Positions 1 to 13,317 of a stretch of DNA of 64,000 bases are shown here, one piece after another (within the stretch, counting starts at the first letter, position 1; the number at the start of each line of letters is the position of its first letter). Made by a program: the position numbers and the translations under genes. The notes below the pieces were generated by a model that was given only the letters and a program-made list of their open reading frames with translations, was not told the origin of the DNA and ran no database searches. The stretch comes from Oikopleura dioica (Eukaryota > Animalia > Chordata). The DNA lies in the NCBI GenBank assembly GCA_907165135.1, contig OU015568.1, positions 3,224,001-3,288,000 of the forward strand, given 5' to 3'.

Positions 1-2028
1 ATTTACCTTTCGTTTCTCTCGCAAATTTAAGCTTCATCACATGAACATCCTGTTTCTCCCTCTCCAGATCTGCCTTGAGCTTTTCAATTTCGTCAACCTT
101 GCTCTGCTCCTTTTTCTGAACTTTGAGTTCTTCGTCGTGAACTTTTTTAAACTGCGCATTAAACATCTTCGACATGAGATTCGTTGGCTTCGCAACTTCT
201 TTTGTCGGAGTTGAGAAACTCGGTGTACGGTCATCTTCCTCTTCCGCTTCTTCTTTATCCCAGGGCTCGGAATCGGAGAAACTCATTTTGCTCTGAGCCA
301 TGAAGCCGCGATTGAAGCCGTAAGGAGAGTTTTCTTCTTCGGAATCAAGCACAGAACTCGGCAGAGAGAAGTTTTCAGGTACTTACCCAGTGGTTCCTTC
401 ATTATTGTCGATTTATCTGTGTACATGATGTCCGTGGATCTCTCGACTCGAGGCATATTTCAGATAATATCAATCAATTATAAGTCGGAACCCTTCCTTG
501 AAATCTATTACTTTTTCTGGTCATAACAGGTTTATCTTCTGGAATCTCCGGAGTCCTGAATCGATTTCCCGCAGCAATAAAGCTGTCCGACTCATCCTCT
601 CCATATTTTCCCGGATCAAAGCTGTTCGCCCCTTCGACAGTCGTATCACCGTCCTCAGCAATTTCGCCATACTCATCTTCAATTTCATAATCGTCCATCT
701 TTATGCTCGCGAGTTCTTTTTCAACGGAATTAACAGTCAACTCGGGGTTGGTTGAAATGATCTTTTCCATGAGCGCGAATTCCTCATCTTCCTTCTTTTC
801 TAGTTCGCGAAGGATTATGTCTTGCTGCCTTTCATTGGCGATGGAAATATCAATTGAGTCGTTGTAGCCTTGGAGGTCAGCGTTCTTGAGGTGTTGACTA
901 GCGATCAGGTGAAACGGGGCGCTTTGATGGAGTGATACTGAAGGTAACGAGGGAACAGAGCCAGCTGAAGGATGAACAGAAGGATGAGCGGCAGGGAGTT
1001 TGGACGAACTTGAACTTGAAGAGGGACCGACGGTCTTTTTAGCGGGGACTTACTTTTGGCTGTATAAGTGTTTTTTAGTTTGAAAAGATCATAAAAAGCT
1101 TCAAATGTCAGATTCTCCGACCTTTAAATGGTACTAAAAATAAGCCATTCCTGACGTCTTGGAGAATTTTTGTTGTGATGGTCTGACCAACGGAATCGGC
1201 GCGGTTTTAGCGCCTTTTTTCGGTTGAAGCTGAGTAGTAAGGCATTCACTTTGTTTTGGTCGGTTTTTCGAAGTCACTTTTCGTGTTGTTGTTTGTGAAG
1301 AAGGTGCTTTTGCTTTTGAAGTTTTGGTTGGTTTGGGTTTTTGTGGAGCGGGCTTCGAAAACCCTGCTTTTTTCGCTCGTTCCTGGCGTTTTTGAAGCTC
1401 AAGAGCTCTTGCCCCGGCGGCACAGGCATTCCTTCCTTGTCCCCGTTTTAGAAACGGACGCTTGGGCTTTGCATCTCCAGCTCGTCCAGTTGAAGATGTA
1501 CTGGATTCGATAAAATTTTCCTTGCCAACTGATCCTCCGACGGGCGTGTCGTCGAAGCTCTTTTGAATCGGCATATTCGAGATTCGCAAATTTTGATTTG
1601 GTCTAAATGGCTTATCATCTTCTTCTATTATTTCTGAGGGCTCGGAAAGCTGCTCGACGACGGAGTCATCGTCAAACTGATTAGTTCTTGAGTTGAGTCC
1701 GCTGAGAATGCTCCGCCGAACACTTGCTAGGTTCGAGCCACCGGAAGAAGAGCCGAAAGATTTCGCGAGACTAAATATAGCGTCAAATATATTTCATGCA
1801 TTGGTTAATTTTCTAGTCGTGCCTCGATGCGCATGACTGTTTTTGGCCGTATAAAAAGCGATTCTGGCTAATTTTTGAATGAATAAAATGAAACATAATA
1901 TTTTTCGCTAGAATAAAGCTTGCTTAATAAATAACCTGATAATAATAGATACTTAGCTGGGAGTATGCCTACCTGAGTGATGTATCAGAGAGCTCAGCAA
2001 TGGTCGTCAAGTCAGGCCTGAAATTCAT
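1..2028 (-). CDS. CENPJ: Centromere protein J / SAS-4 / CPAP-like, 5' part; gene continues past the left edge
   Basis: Motif KPKRPFLKRGQG (ORF 1134..1589) resembles the CPAP KQPFLKRGEG motif. Exon MNFRPDLTTIAELSDTSL joins in phase through GT-AG intron 1771-1972. Coiled-coil exons follow downstream. Confidence 0.65.
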
Positions 2029-2294
2029 CTCTACTTGAAAATCGCCTTCTCGAACGGAGTCACTTCTAACTTCTCTGTCTGAACAAACAAAAGTTAAATT
2101 CTCTTAGATATAAAAAAATTTGTACAATAAAATGAATTTGCAGAAGAAACGGGCGTTGAATTTTCAATTTGAGCGGGGTTGAATTTATAGAAACGAAATG
2201 AATTACTGTCGTGTTACTGTGAAGGAACGGTTATTGAAGCGGTCTTTAAGAATTTCACGAATTTTTATCTGTCGAGTATTCTGAACAGTTGATT

Positions 2295-3136
2295 TTAAAA
2301 AGCAGAGCCTGGCGGATAAGCTGGGAATCCCGCGCCAGATGTTGGGTAGGGCATTTGTTGTCGCTGTTGTTGAGGCTGGCCGTAAGGAACGGAAGGATAG
2401 GGCACTGCAGCGTTTGGTTGCGAAGGAGCAGGAACGTACTGATTCATGTAAGGTGCCCTGGGTTGGTTTGGATACGGACTGGGAGCGCTTGATGGGTTGC
2501 TCGGACGAGATTGGCGGTTTTGCGAGGACTGGAAGACTTTTACCATATTTTCTGCCTTGTGCTACGAAATTTCATATTCAAAGATGGTAAAGAAGAGCAC
2601 GGTACCTTGAGATCGTAAGATTTAGCCCTAGCATCGAGAAATTCTTTCAAAAAGTCGCGAACATCTATTTCTCCTCTGACAAATCCGTCTGCTATCACTT
2701 CCGAGTTCTGTTCTGCCTCAGCAGCTGATGCTTGGAGAATTGCGGCTGCGGAATCAGGAGAGTAAGAACCTAAAAAAGTAGCGAGGAATGCATTCAAGGC
2801 GAATTAGTTTACTTCTTTTGGATTGAAGCTGCCTCTGTTTCGCCTCGAGTTGATCCTGTTTGCTTGCCAATTGATTGTGCACTTCAATCAGTGCATTTCG
2901 CGACTCTTCCAATCGCGGCTTCAGAGCCAGATTATCCTCTGCCATTGTCCTGTTCGCGGCCAGAACTAAACCGTCATTAATCTGAAGCCAGCGATTTTCT
3001 TACTCAGATCTTTTTCCATAAACAAATGTTGTATTGGTTCAGAATTGAGGACAATTTCGTTGATTTGATCTTCATCGCCAGCGAGTTTTTCCAGCTCTTC
3101 GCGATATTTTTCTTTCAAAATAGTCGAAAAATCCAT
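2295..3136 (-). CDS. VPS37: ESCRT-I subunit VPS37 (Mod(r) domain, Pro/Gln-rich tail)
   Basis: MDFSTILKEKYREELEKLAGDEDQINEIV...MAEDNLALKPRLEE...LQASAAEAEQNSEVIADGFVRGEIDVRDFLKEFLDARAKSY, then a P/Y/Q-rich C-terminus. Confidence 0.85.
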
Positions 3137-3291
3137 TTCTAAAATAAAGAAAAATTCAAAGACTGCTTGAACTGTGAGTTTTTATTAATAATTAAAATAA
3201 TCTAGGTCTTCAATTTTAGAAAATCATCAGTAAAAAGAAGAAGTCTTGCAACTCAAGAAATGAAGGAAACAATTGAAATAAGGAATAGTGG

Positions 3292-4448
3292 TTAATTCTG
3301 TTTTGATTTCTGCGCTTTTTTAAGCTTTGCGTAAGCATATCGTATGCTTTTTGAAGGTCCGGCGGTTATTGCATTGAAAGTTGTTTGGGAAGTCGAGGAG
3401 CTTTTCACGATTTCCTAAACAATTTTGAATCTTTTTCGAGAAAAAACGCGCACCTCAATTCTTTCGGATAAATATTGCTTCATAGAAATATGATCGTAAG
3501 GCGCTAGATCCGCTATTCTAAGGGGATACAAAGCGCTTGGCATGTTTTCGACTTGTTTGGTGATCACTGCAGCGGAAGTGTCGATGTCGATCTTGCCATT
3601 TGAGTACTCAAGGCCTGTCATTTCATTTATTCTAGAGTAGGTTAAGGGTAATGATGACAGGGGAGACAAAAGCCAACCTTGGTTCGTAGAGTTGCTTTAA
3701 ATTGTCGTAGCTTCCTTCAAAAATCTTGTTTACCTTCTGTTGATCTTCAAATCCCTGTGTTCTGATATCGCCAGTGTATGATAATTTACAGATGTTGAGC
3801 AGGACATCGTCCAGCGTTGTGGATTTACTGTGATACGAGTGAAGATTGAGCATAATTGCTGTTCGAATGGCGGAGTAGAGATTCAGTCGTAATGCTCGAC
3901 CGATCGGATCATCGATGGAAGGAAGGGACTGGGACAGATCTAATGCTGAGTTTTCTGGATGCTGAGGCGTACAGAACTAAAAGAGGGGGTAAAAAAGAGG
4001 CTTTTGCGCGAGATATTTTACTTTGACGGGCTTGTGAAGTCTGCCAGAAAGATACAAAGATGTCCAGTTTTCAAGGTCGTCGACCGCTCTTTCAGTGGAA
4101 ATCACTCCATATTTCAATACCCCAAGATCTGTTTCTACAAAAGGGTTGAAAAACAGCCCTGCCGCTCGTTTGTTGAAGCTGGTGACAATTTCTGGCCCTC
4201 CGAATCGCATCGAATACGAGTAGTCCCTTTTGTTGATCTTCATATTTGCTGAAAAGCGAATTTACTCAGAGCAAAGAAGAAGTTATACTTTTGTGGAATT
4301 CCTGTACATCGTCGACAATGAGGATCATGTCGATTTGCCGATCTTTTCCATCATTCCCTTTTTGCGGAAAAACTGATGAGCCGTAGCCAAAGCCTGTTCG
4401 AACCAGTCGCGTTGGAAAACGCTTCATAAGATCTCTGACGATGCTCAT
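3292..4448 (-). CDS. TAMM41: Mitochondrial phosphatidate cytidylyltransferase Tam41/Mmp37
   Basis: GFGYGSSVFPQ..IDMILIVDD, LKYGVIS..DLENWTSLYLSGRLHKPV, ICKLSYTGDIR..EDQQKV, and C-terminal TAGPSKSIRYAYAKLKKA. Confidence 0.92.
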
Positions 4449-4502
4449 TTTTTTCCGATTTCTAAAAAGCATTTGATGGAAAAAATGTTTTTCAAGCTGT
4501 TT

Positions 4503-5262
4503 TCAAGCTGATGCAGGCAGAGTTTCAACAAATTCAGCTCTAATTCTGGCAGTTTTTCTTGGCTCTTTCACTCCCGTCAGCGGGCATCTCATTTCATTCC
4601 ACGAAATTGGCTCCAGTCGCACCCCAGCGCGGCTCTTTGCCAGAACCACTCCGAGTTCGTCGCCTCCTGTCGACAGCAAATAGCTCTGCGAGTCCCCGAG
4701 ACTCATAACTTTGGCAAAGACGATGTCGTTTGGTCGGAAGCATTTGGAAAGTTCGACTCGATCGCGCTCGGTTCGACGGACGTCTTCTCGGCGGATCAAA
4801 CCCTTGAAAGGAGACCTAAACGAGCTTCATAAACAAACGTAAGGAAAGTGGAAACATACGATGTGGCGATTCCGTCAACAGCATAAATCGTCGCACGGCA
4901 CTGTCGCTGGGTTACTTGCACGATCTTTACAGTCACAATCGAGCCAACTTGCGGTAACGGCGGCTCATCCTTTCTCACAACCTTTGAAATACAGTTAGTA
5001 ACTGTTTTTTGAGCAAACAGAAATCTCTCTTTCTTCATGGAAACAAGGAAAACTTACTTCAATCAGAATCTTTTTATTCGCGTCGACTGTATTTTTCACC
5101 TTTCCAATCCTACAAAGAAACTGATAACAACTCTGACAGACCATTTTAAAACCTCGATGCGTAGATGAAACTTTTCCTGACATAAGTGCCCCTTCCTGCT
5201 TCACACTCGTCTGTACTGCCCAATCTTTCCCCTGGAACGCAATTCACATCTGTAGTGCTCAT
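4503..5262 (-). CDS. EXOSC1: Exosome complex component Csl4
   Basis: CVPGERLGS, LPQVGSIVTVKI, CFRPNDIVFAKVMSLGD..YLLSTGGDELGVV..MRCPLTGVKEPRK. Confidence 0.92.
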
Positions 5263-6379
5263 TTCTTAACAAAAACACGGAATGAAACACGGTTTATCTT
5301 TTTGTTTATTGGTGCCCTTTTTGTAATTGAAATAAGAGAAAAGGAGAGAGGGAATTAAATTTTGACGAATGGTAGAAATTTCAAATGATAACGATCTATC
5401 TATTACAGTTTTTTACAGTGAAAAGGGTGGTTTCTCTTGCGGATTTGCAAGAAAAAATACACAGATAGACAGGATTTTTTTGTGAACAAGTGGTTTAAAA
5501 TGAAAAAATAGGGAAAAGATCTGAACTAATGTAACACGAACAGAAAAGTTTTCTGAGAAAACTATTTTTTTTTCTTTGAATTTTAAACTTGGCACTGAGG
5601 AAACTGTAAATGAGCCTATTTTTTTTTAAATGAACTGAAAGGCAATTTATTAATTTGAGGGGTCCGAATAATGAAGATTTTTAATATAATTTACGAAAGA
5701 AAATTAATTATTGAGGTAGTTAAGAAACTCCACTAGAAAAACTCCGATTGAATTTGCAACAGCGAACATCTGATATTGTAAAAAATAAATAAATGAAACG
5801 AAATCTAAAATTTTAACTGTTTATAAAGAGCCCTGCCCAATTAACTAAATATAAAGGCACTTTTCTGATGACAGGAAAAAATGAAAATCTGTTGATCAGA
5901 GGATCATTTTGAGTGATAAATGGTGAAAAAGAAGTGTAAAATGTTCCTTATTATTAATAAATTCCTAAATAAACTGACTTCTGATGACGCTCAGTCTGAA
6001 AAAGGGTCTTTGACGACTGTATTTACATTTGAAAAATGGTCTGGTATTCTTTATCATTGTGTCTCTGAATTTACAGCATAGGGCTCACATTTCATGCATA
6101 ATTGGAATTTTTTATTTTTTTGGGCTGGGATAATGTAAAAATGAAGATAGAAATCTACAAACTGGTAGAAGCTAAAATGGCACACTTCTGGAACACTTCC
6201 TGTGTGGGAATATTCAATTTTCAAGATTTATCTTTGTATTTTCAGTATTTAAAAATTTGCATTTATTTAAAAAAAGCTAGTGATTACCAAGCGAGCCCTC
6301 TTTTACAGACACTTGTTGTTTTGGTAACGGTTTTTCATGGGCATTTGTTTTTGGTTGATTGAATAGTGAAACGCATATC

Positions 6380-9300
6380 TTTTCTTTGTATTGGCTAAGC
6401 GAGAGCTTCAAGAAGCTCGCAAAGAAGCTGGAAACTTTCAACAAGACAACTCTGGTGAAGTTGTTGAAGTCAAGATGAGTAGATCACCGTCTTGGAGCAG
6501 CCGTTTTTGTGCTTGTTAAGGAGCTTCTGATATTCTGAAATTTTCGTAAGACAGGGGAAAAGAGGGTTTTCTTACTTGTATTGTGAAATTGAACGATTTT
6601 TCGGTGGTACTCAGTGGGTTCCTCAGTTCGGACAGGTGCTGACTTTAGAAGCAATTGCTGGATTTCCTCGGCGTTGAAACTTCGCTTTCCGCTTTCTTTT
6701 GGACTCTTCTCTTCTATGTCTTCATCCGTCCAGGAAGCATTCGCCTCGCCGAAAGTCACCTCAGCCTGTACGGTTACCTTTGACTGTACAGGGTTCTCAA
6801 CCTACCAAAGAACAGATTGAAATCAAGGAAGAGACAAGTTGCTCCTACCTTTTCTTCCTCCGGAAAATCCAATTCCTCGTCGGAATGCGTCACCATGAAG
6901 TTGAGTCCCATTTTATCGCCGAGAATATTTTCCACCTCATCGGTCTCCCGCGGCTTTCTCTTCGCGTTCTCCGCGGCGAGCCGCGCGGCTTCGGCTTTTT
7001 CTGCTTCAAGTCTTGCGGCTTCTGCTCGCTCGGCTTCGAGTCTCGCTGCTTCGGCTTGGATTCTTGCCTGTTCTGCTTCTTGGCGGGCGGCTTCTTCCTT
7101 TGCAGCTTCGATTCTGGCGGCTTCGCGGCGCGCTGCTTCAGCTTTTTCAGCCTCAATTCGAGCTGCTTCCTTTGCAGCTTCAGCGGCTTTCAAGGAAGCT
7201 ACAGCTCGAGCTGCTTTTGAAGCTTGTCGCTGCTCGTAACGAGTTCCTACACCTCGATTTGGTTGTGGTCTGATAAAGAATTAGATAAAGAGTGATTTTC
7301 ATGAGAAAGGTACTTACAGAATCTTTGGCGCGTCGCCCTTGCTCGTCGGGCCGGGAAGACCAGGCCATTCTTGCGTAGAATTGACTTTCAATTCCGGTGT
7401 ATTCTGACGCACAGGGCGGTTGGAAGGAAGTTGAGGGAAATCTTCTTCCGGTCGGAGAGAAACAGGGGCTCGCTGTGGGGAAGGAGCGCGCTAGAAAGAG
7501 ATAAGCTCTTATTCGAAGAAAAGGCAAGATCATACAGGAGGGGTTCGTCTTGGAATGGCGCTGGAACTGGGCGCTTCAATGCGAGCGGGGACACTTCGGC
7601 GATCGGTCGGTTTGGCAGCTTTGACGCCAATTGTGGCCCAGTCATCATCGTCGTAGAGAAGGGATCGCTCGTCAATGAGCTCGATCGAGTGACGACGCTC
7701 TTTCTTTTGCGGCTAAACTGAAGTTAAACAAACAACTATACGATTACCCTGGTCTGACCTTGGAAACGATGGGCTGGTCTTTACCAGGGTTTTCTGAAGA
7801 GGAGATGCCTGCCGTTCCATTCGTCGTCTCAACGCTGTTTTGTTTCTTTGTCGAGTTCTGCTGGTTTTTGTTGTTTTGCTTCGCGTTGCTTTCTCCCTTT
7901 CCTTTCTTCCCTTTTTTGGCCTTTTTACCGGTGGCTTTCTTTCCGGTCTTCTCCTGATTCTTCTTGTCCTCTTCTTCCAGAAGAACCCAATCAGGAATCT
8001 GGTACTTTTCCCGTTCCTTTTCAAGTCGTTTCATTTCCTCCTTTTTCTCTTCTTTCTCCTTTGCTTTCCTTTCTTGCGCTTCTTTTGCTTCTCTCGCTTC
8101 TTTGGCACTATCCTTTTGTGGCTTTGGAGGCTCAGCTTGTTGAAGAGAAGCAGCTAGAGGTAAGATACGATTTTTAAAAATTTTCAGCTTTATATTAATT
8201 TCACAAACCATTATGAAGTACCCACAATGGATGATCTGTTGCCTGCACTACAAAAGGGCTAACAGTAGATACATTAGCGACAATAAAAACATGCACGGAC
8301 ATAAAATAGGGGTTCTCATTTTTGCAAGCGATTTCTTCAAGTGCTAAAATGGTGATATCCTAGTGGAAGTTGCCCGTTAAAACGAGTACCCCGATTTTAT
8401 TTCTCATTCATTTTCAAACTGTCATTTCCAACACATACACTTTTCAAACAGGGCAAGCTACGCTTTCTATTAGCCCTACCTAAGAAGGCTGACCGCTGGA
8501 GCCTTTCCTTTCCTTCATTTCTTTCACGTTCTTCTCGTTCTTTTCGAAATTCCTTTACAGTCCTTTTCCTTTTTCTTTGAAATTCTGTCTTTTCTTCTTG
8601 TTCAATCGAATTTGTCGGTTCATTCGTTCGATAAAGAATGACTTCTTGATGGTCTCCCTGCCCAGCTTCAAGTTTTCCACGGTTGGTTTGGACCAGAGCG
8701 GCTTTTGGGTTTGGCATGTCCTGAAAATATAATGTAAGACTGATTCTTGCGACGCAACCTCGCGGCTTTCTGGCTCCTGAATCAGATATATAGACAGTTA
8801 TGTCGAGCCAAGATAGTAAAACACCGAGCTAGACTACCCTTACCAAAGAATGACTCTTTTCTTTCGTCGGTTTCTTCTGCTTCCTTCGACTTTTTGAACT
8901 AGAAGTTGTCTTGCCTTCAAGATCAACAGGGAGCTCTTCGTCGTGAATGTAAGAGTTTCCGCCGAGAGTATTGAATGAAATCGGATCGTCGACTTGGGAA
9001 CTGGGCAATGTTGGCATTTCGACCTGGACCCATTCTTTCTTTCGCATTCCTAGCTCGTTCGTGAAGAATTCCTCTTCATCGTGGTAGTTTTTGAAGAAAT
9101 CTTGGCGCGTCTTAAGACTGGGATGAATCTCTATTTTCATAGAAAAACTAACCTCGTTCTTCACGTCGCTCATCGGCTTTCTCTTGTAGTTTTGATTCTT
9201 ATCGCTGCTATAAAGAGTTAGAACGAATTTCTTTCCGATGATCACTCACTTTTTCGGACTTGGGTTTCCAATCATGTTTCCAACAACATTTCTGATTGTC

Positions 9301-10125
9301 TCTCGGCTTTCCTTGAATTCCTTTTCTTCTTTCGCGATTTCTTCCATGTCCCGTCGCAACTCGGCGTCCAATTCTGGCTAAAAACAGAATGAAAAATGAA
9401 GAAACGAGGGTGGGCTGAATATTTACTGTTCTAGTGCTTAGATCTTCGAGTTTTCTAACGAAATCGGGAATTACCATGTCCTTATACCAGCCCATTCTAG
9501 CCTTGAGCGTCATTTCTGGTAAAGAAGCGTCCTTTCGAGCTTGTTCCTTGATCCAAGTAAGCTAGAACAGAAGGGATGAAAAGAATCGAACGATATTTTT
9601 ACCTCTTCAAAACCGAGTCCACTGAGGGAAGGTTTATCGTAAGCCTCGCAAAATTTGTCCCCGTCTCCGTTTTTCAGCGCCAAAGCGAGCTTCAACGCCA
9701 AAAAGTTGTTCCTTGGATCTTCGGCTGTCCGGGTCGCTTTTCGCGACATTCCAGATTTGAGTTACAGTAACCTACGGTTCGCCAAGGGTACTTTTACTCT
9801 CTCGCTTCATCAATCTAGGAGGTAAATGCTCTGTAAAATAACTGTAACTGGCTGAAAGCACCTGACAAAAAGAACAACGAAGGTTTAAAAATAAAAATAG
9901 TGGCTTTATTGTGTGTAGATTCTATGCTCTGTTTTGATTTACAGTGAAAGAGATAGTCCTGCCTTTTGCAGAAATATTTCTATATTGCTCCATGAAGAGT
10001 GCGCATGGGAAGAAGACCAGTGTCCGTAGACAATCATGGTATGGCAGCTCTTCCATCTTCTTGAAGACAGAAATCCATTCTCTTCGGTCGTAAATTTGCA
10101 GTCCATGGAATCCAGAAGAATCCAC
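6380..10125 (-). CDS. Uncharacterised multi-exon low-complexity protein(s) with K/E-rich and EAAR-repeat helical segments; may be more than one gene
   Basis: Successive minus-strand exon-like ORFs (9922-10125, 9510-9749, 9208-9513, 8829-9245, 8397-8717, 7744-8211, 7388-7675, 6774-7193, 6484-6759) with GT/AG boundaries. No family recognised. Confidence 0.45.
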
Positions 10126-10410
10126 GGTCGCCTCAAGATTTAATCATAATGATTACTGTTTCGATTATCTAAAATAATTTTCGTTAAAGACAAATCTCTT
10201 TAATATCTCGATAAAATAAAGATGACAGCTTCTAAGAAGAATAACTCTCACAGAATAACGAGTTCGTATCAGTAAAATGGAGGGTAGAAAGTTGAGTGTG
10301 TGGGCTTTATCTACGCGCGCCCACGCTTTTTCGAGCAGGTGATTACATCATCTAGAGAAAATTAGCGGAAAGGAGGCGGTGATTTTGGAAAAGAAAAAGT
10401 CTAGAAAAAA

Positions 10411-12956
10411 ATGGAATTCAATTCTGAAGTCAGACCCAGGCGGGAATTGATGAACCCGAACTTCGAGGGTTACAAATTGTCCCTCAGACAAGTCTCTACG
10501 GAAAAGGTAAAATTTCCGATTTCGATGAGGGCAATTTGAAGTTTTCAAATGGACTTCTCTAAATGAATTCCCGGAATCATTGATTCCGAATAAACCCTTG
10601 AATTTATAGTTTCGACGAATTACGGTGATGAAATCATTCTAATTCCGTATTTATCAATTATTCTTGGATAATACGATATTGAAAATCATAAACCTTATGT
10701 CACCCGAAGCTCCCGTGCCCTCTAAATTACAGTAATCATCAGACAATGATGACCACTGCGCTTGGAGCAAGTCGATGCCCTCCGCGCCAGCTCGAATTCT
10801 TCTTCTCGTGGTTCACGGGGATAGACCTCGGCTGAAGCGCCGAGGGAAAGTTCGCTGCGGTGAAATATAGTTTTCAACCTGAGTCCCTATTCAACATCTC
10901 TTTCAGACAGAATTGGAACATCCGGCAGCAGTTTTCACAGCTCGACAAAGCGAGATTCAGTTTTTGACGCTCAGTTTGTACGCCCAACATTCCCTGCTTT
11001 TCGTCGATCGCTGGACTAGTGCGCTTTACTGGTTTTCACAGGTATCTAACTTGTCAATCCCCACTTTACCACGTATGTAAAAACTTCCTTCTTTGATTGT
11101 GATATTTTTTAGCCTAATGAAGAAACTTTCGAATTAGTGACCTTCAATCCCAACAATAACGAAAGCTCTTCCCTCCTCCAGCTTCCTATTCCAGACAACC
11201 ACGCTCTCCCAACCATTCACTTTCCCCTTTCCAATGTCTACTTCATCTCTTACGGCGATGGAAGCTTCGCAGTCTATCAAGGACCGGACAAGAAGTTTTC
11301 CTCGGCGATTTTACAGAACGAAAAAGACAAAGATTGCAAAGTTGTGCTAGTCAACGATGTTAAAATTGATGAATCAAAGGGATTACTCTACGTTGCCGCG
11401 AGTTATATTCGAGGGAAAGAAGCTATTGTCGTTCTAGCGCGATTTGATAAAGGTAGACTAGGAATTTGACTCTAACCGTGACCAAAGGCCCAGAAAAGGG
11501 GGGGGGGCGAACTACTAGAAACAAACGGGGTCCCCTTTTCCTCGGCCTCCGGTAGAAGGACCTACAATAAAACTCTTTCAAGGACCTAAAATGACTTTTT
11601 TAGATGGAAATTTTCTTGCTTCGGACGAATTTAAAGGCGGTGCAATTTGTTCTTTCGTCGCCATTTCCAACGATTACGCGATAACGTTCATTTCCGACAA
11701 GTTATACCGACATAAATGCGACGATAAAGCGCCTGAGCCAAAGAAAATTCTCTACAAGTGGCGGCAGAACCTCAACGACTTGGTTTTATTCTTCGAGTTT
11801 GAGAAAAAGGTCGAAAAGAACGAAGTGAAAGTGTCGATACGAAGAAATCACCTAGAAGTGGAGATCAGAGATGTGAAACTCGAAGGAGAGCTGTTTCAAG
11901 CCATCGATCCGGACCAGTCGAGCTGGGAAATATCGCCTGGAGGAGTCGAAGTGACGCTGGAAAAGGCGGTTGAGAGAGGTTGGAGTCAAGTTTATAGGGA
12001 TTTTGACAATGGAGAGGAGGTTTACAACAAGGAATTCGTCGATCAAGTCAAGGTACAGCCTTTATCTTGGATAAAATAGCTCTCCTTGGACCCTAAGAAC
12101 CAGTTCAAGTCTTTTTTTTACTTAAATATAAGCGTTTATATCCTTTTCGTTCTAGGGACGATTGGGACATTTGACGACAGAAAGCGCGATGCCAGAAGAA
12201 GCAGAGAAACCAGGCGTAGATTGCAATCAATATGAAGATATCGACAGAGAGACAGAATTCGAAAGAAGCATCTTTAGATTCAAAGACGGTGACTGGACGC
12301 ATAAAGCATCTTTATCTTCAAATTTGCCGCTGTTTTGGAATTATACTACCCCAACGGAGAAAGGAAATGGTTGAATAACTTTTTGATTATAGCTTAACCC
12401 GTTAAAAAGCCGCTTGCGGCTCTTTCCGCCCGTTTTATTGAAAAATCTCGACTTCTTGGTCGCTAAATGCATTCAACTTTGTATCATTTCAATTCATTCT
12501 GACTTTCAACCCTTTGAAAAGCTGTAGCAATGAGACACGATGTCGATGCCTGTCTCTGGTCATCAGTTACCAACGATGATCGCGTTCCCCTTGGACATGT
12601 TGCAACATTCGACGCTGTAGGATACATTCACGCTGGAAAACAAAATCTAGCTTTCATAAACGCTCCTCCCAACAACGGATATGTCTGCATCTGTGAACAA
12701 AAACGACGCATCCTCCTATACAAGTATGATTTTTAGCATCTCTTTCTTTCTAACTATTGTTCAAAGGCACGAAAACCTGGACACGAACTTGCGTCACCGA
12801 GGAACAGGGCGAAAAGTAAACGAAATTGGAAGGCAACAAGTTGTGAAAATCGAAGACGATGATGCTTTTCTCGGACTTCAGTGCAATGACGATGCGCTCT
12901 TTTTGCTCACGAAGAACAGTCTTTGGCGCGTAAGCCCTGACGAAGAAGGAAACTAG
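10411..12956 (+). CDS. NUDCD1: NudC domain-containing protein 1 (CML66), CS domain
   Basis: Exon 1 MEFNSEVRPRRELMNPNFEGYKLSL, PTIHFP...ISYGDG, CS domain LYKWRQ...LEGELFQAIDPDQSSWEI..VEVTLEK, RHDVDACLW, HVATFDAVGYIHAGK. Confidence 0.9.
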
Positions 12957-13317
12957 AATTGAAAAACTGCTCAGAAACTGACCCACACTTTCATGTTCAC
13001 TTACTGTTAGGACAATTTACTCCACGGATAATAAAAACATTGGAAAAGAAAAAACTAAGGGTCATTTGTCCCAAGATTCGGAAAATGATTTGTTTGTTGA
13101 ATGTTCTTTTCTCCAGTTATCAAATTAATCCGTCCATAACCAACGTTTTAAATATAAGCTTAGATAATCAGGTGATGACGATTGAACGTCTTCTCAATTA
13201 CAGGCACTTGGACACCTCATTTTTGAAGAAATACGATAATGACCCTGAGCGTTTTAAATCCCTTCATCGGTACTTATACGCGCTCATCTGATTCGGAAGG
13301 ACACAAGCGATTAAAAT

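Noticed and set aside
5860-6000. Two TTCTGATGAC motifs suggesting C/D snoRNAs
   Set aside because: Box spacing is implausible, there is no terminal stem, and the surroundings are AT-rich intergenic DNA.
6699-8177. Phe/Leu/Ser-rich plus-strand ORFs that look like membrane proteins
   Set aside because: Antisense shadows of K/E/A-rich minus-strand exons.
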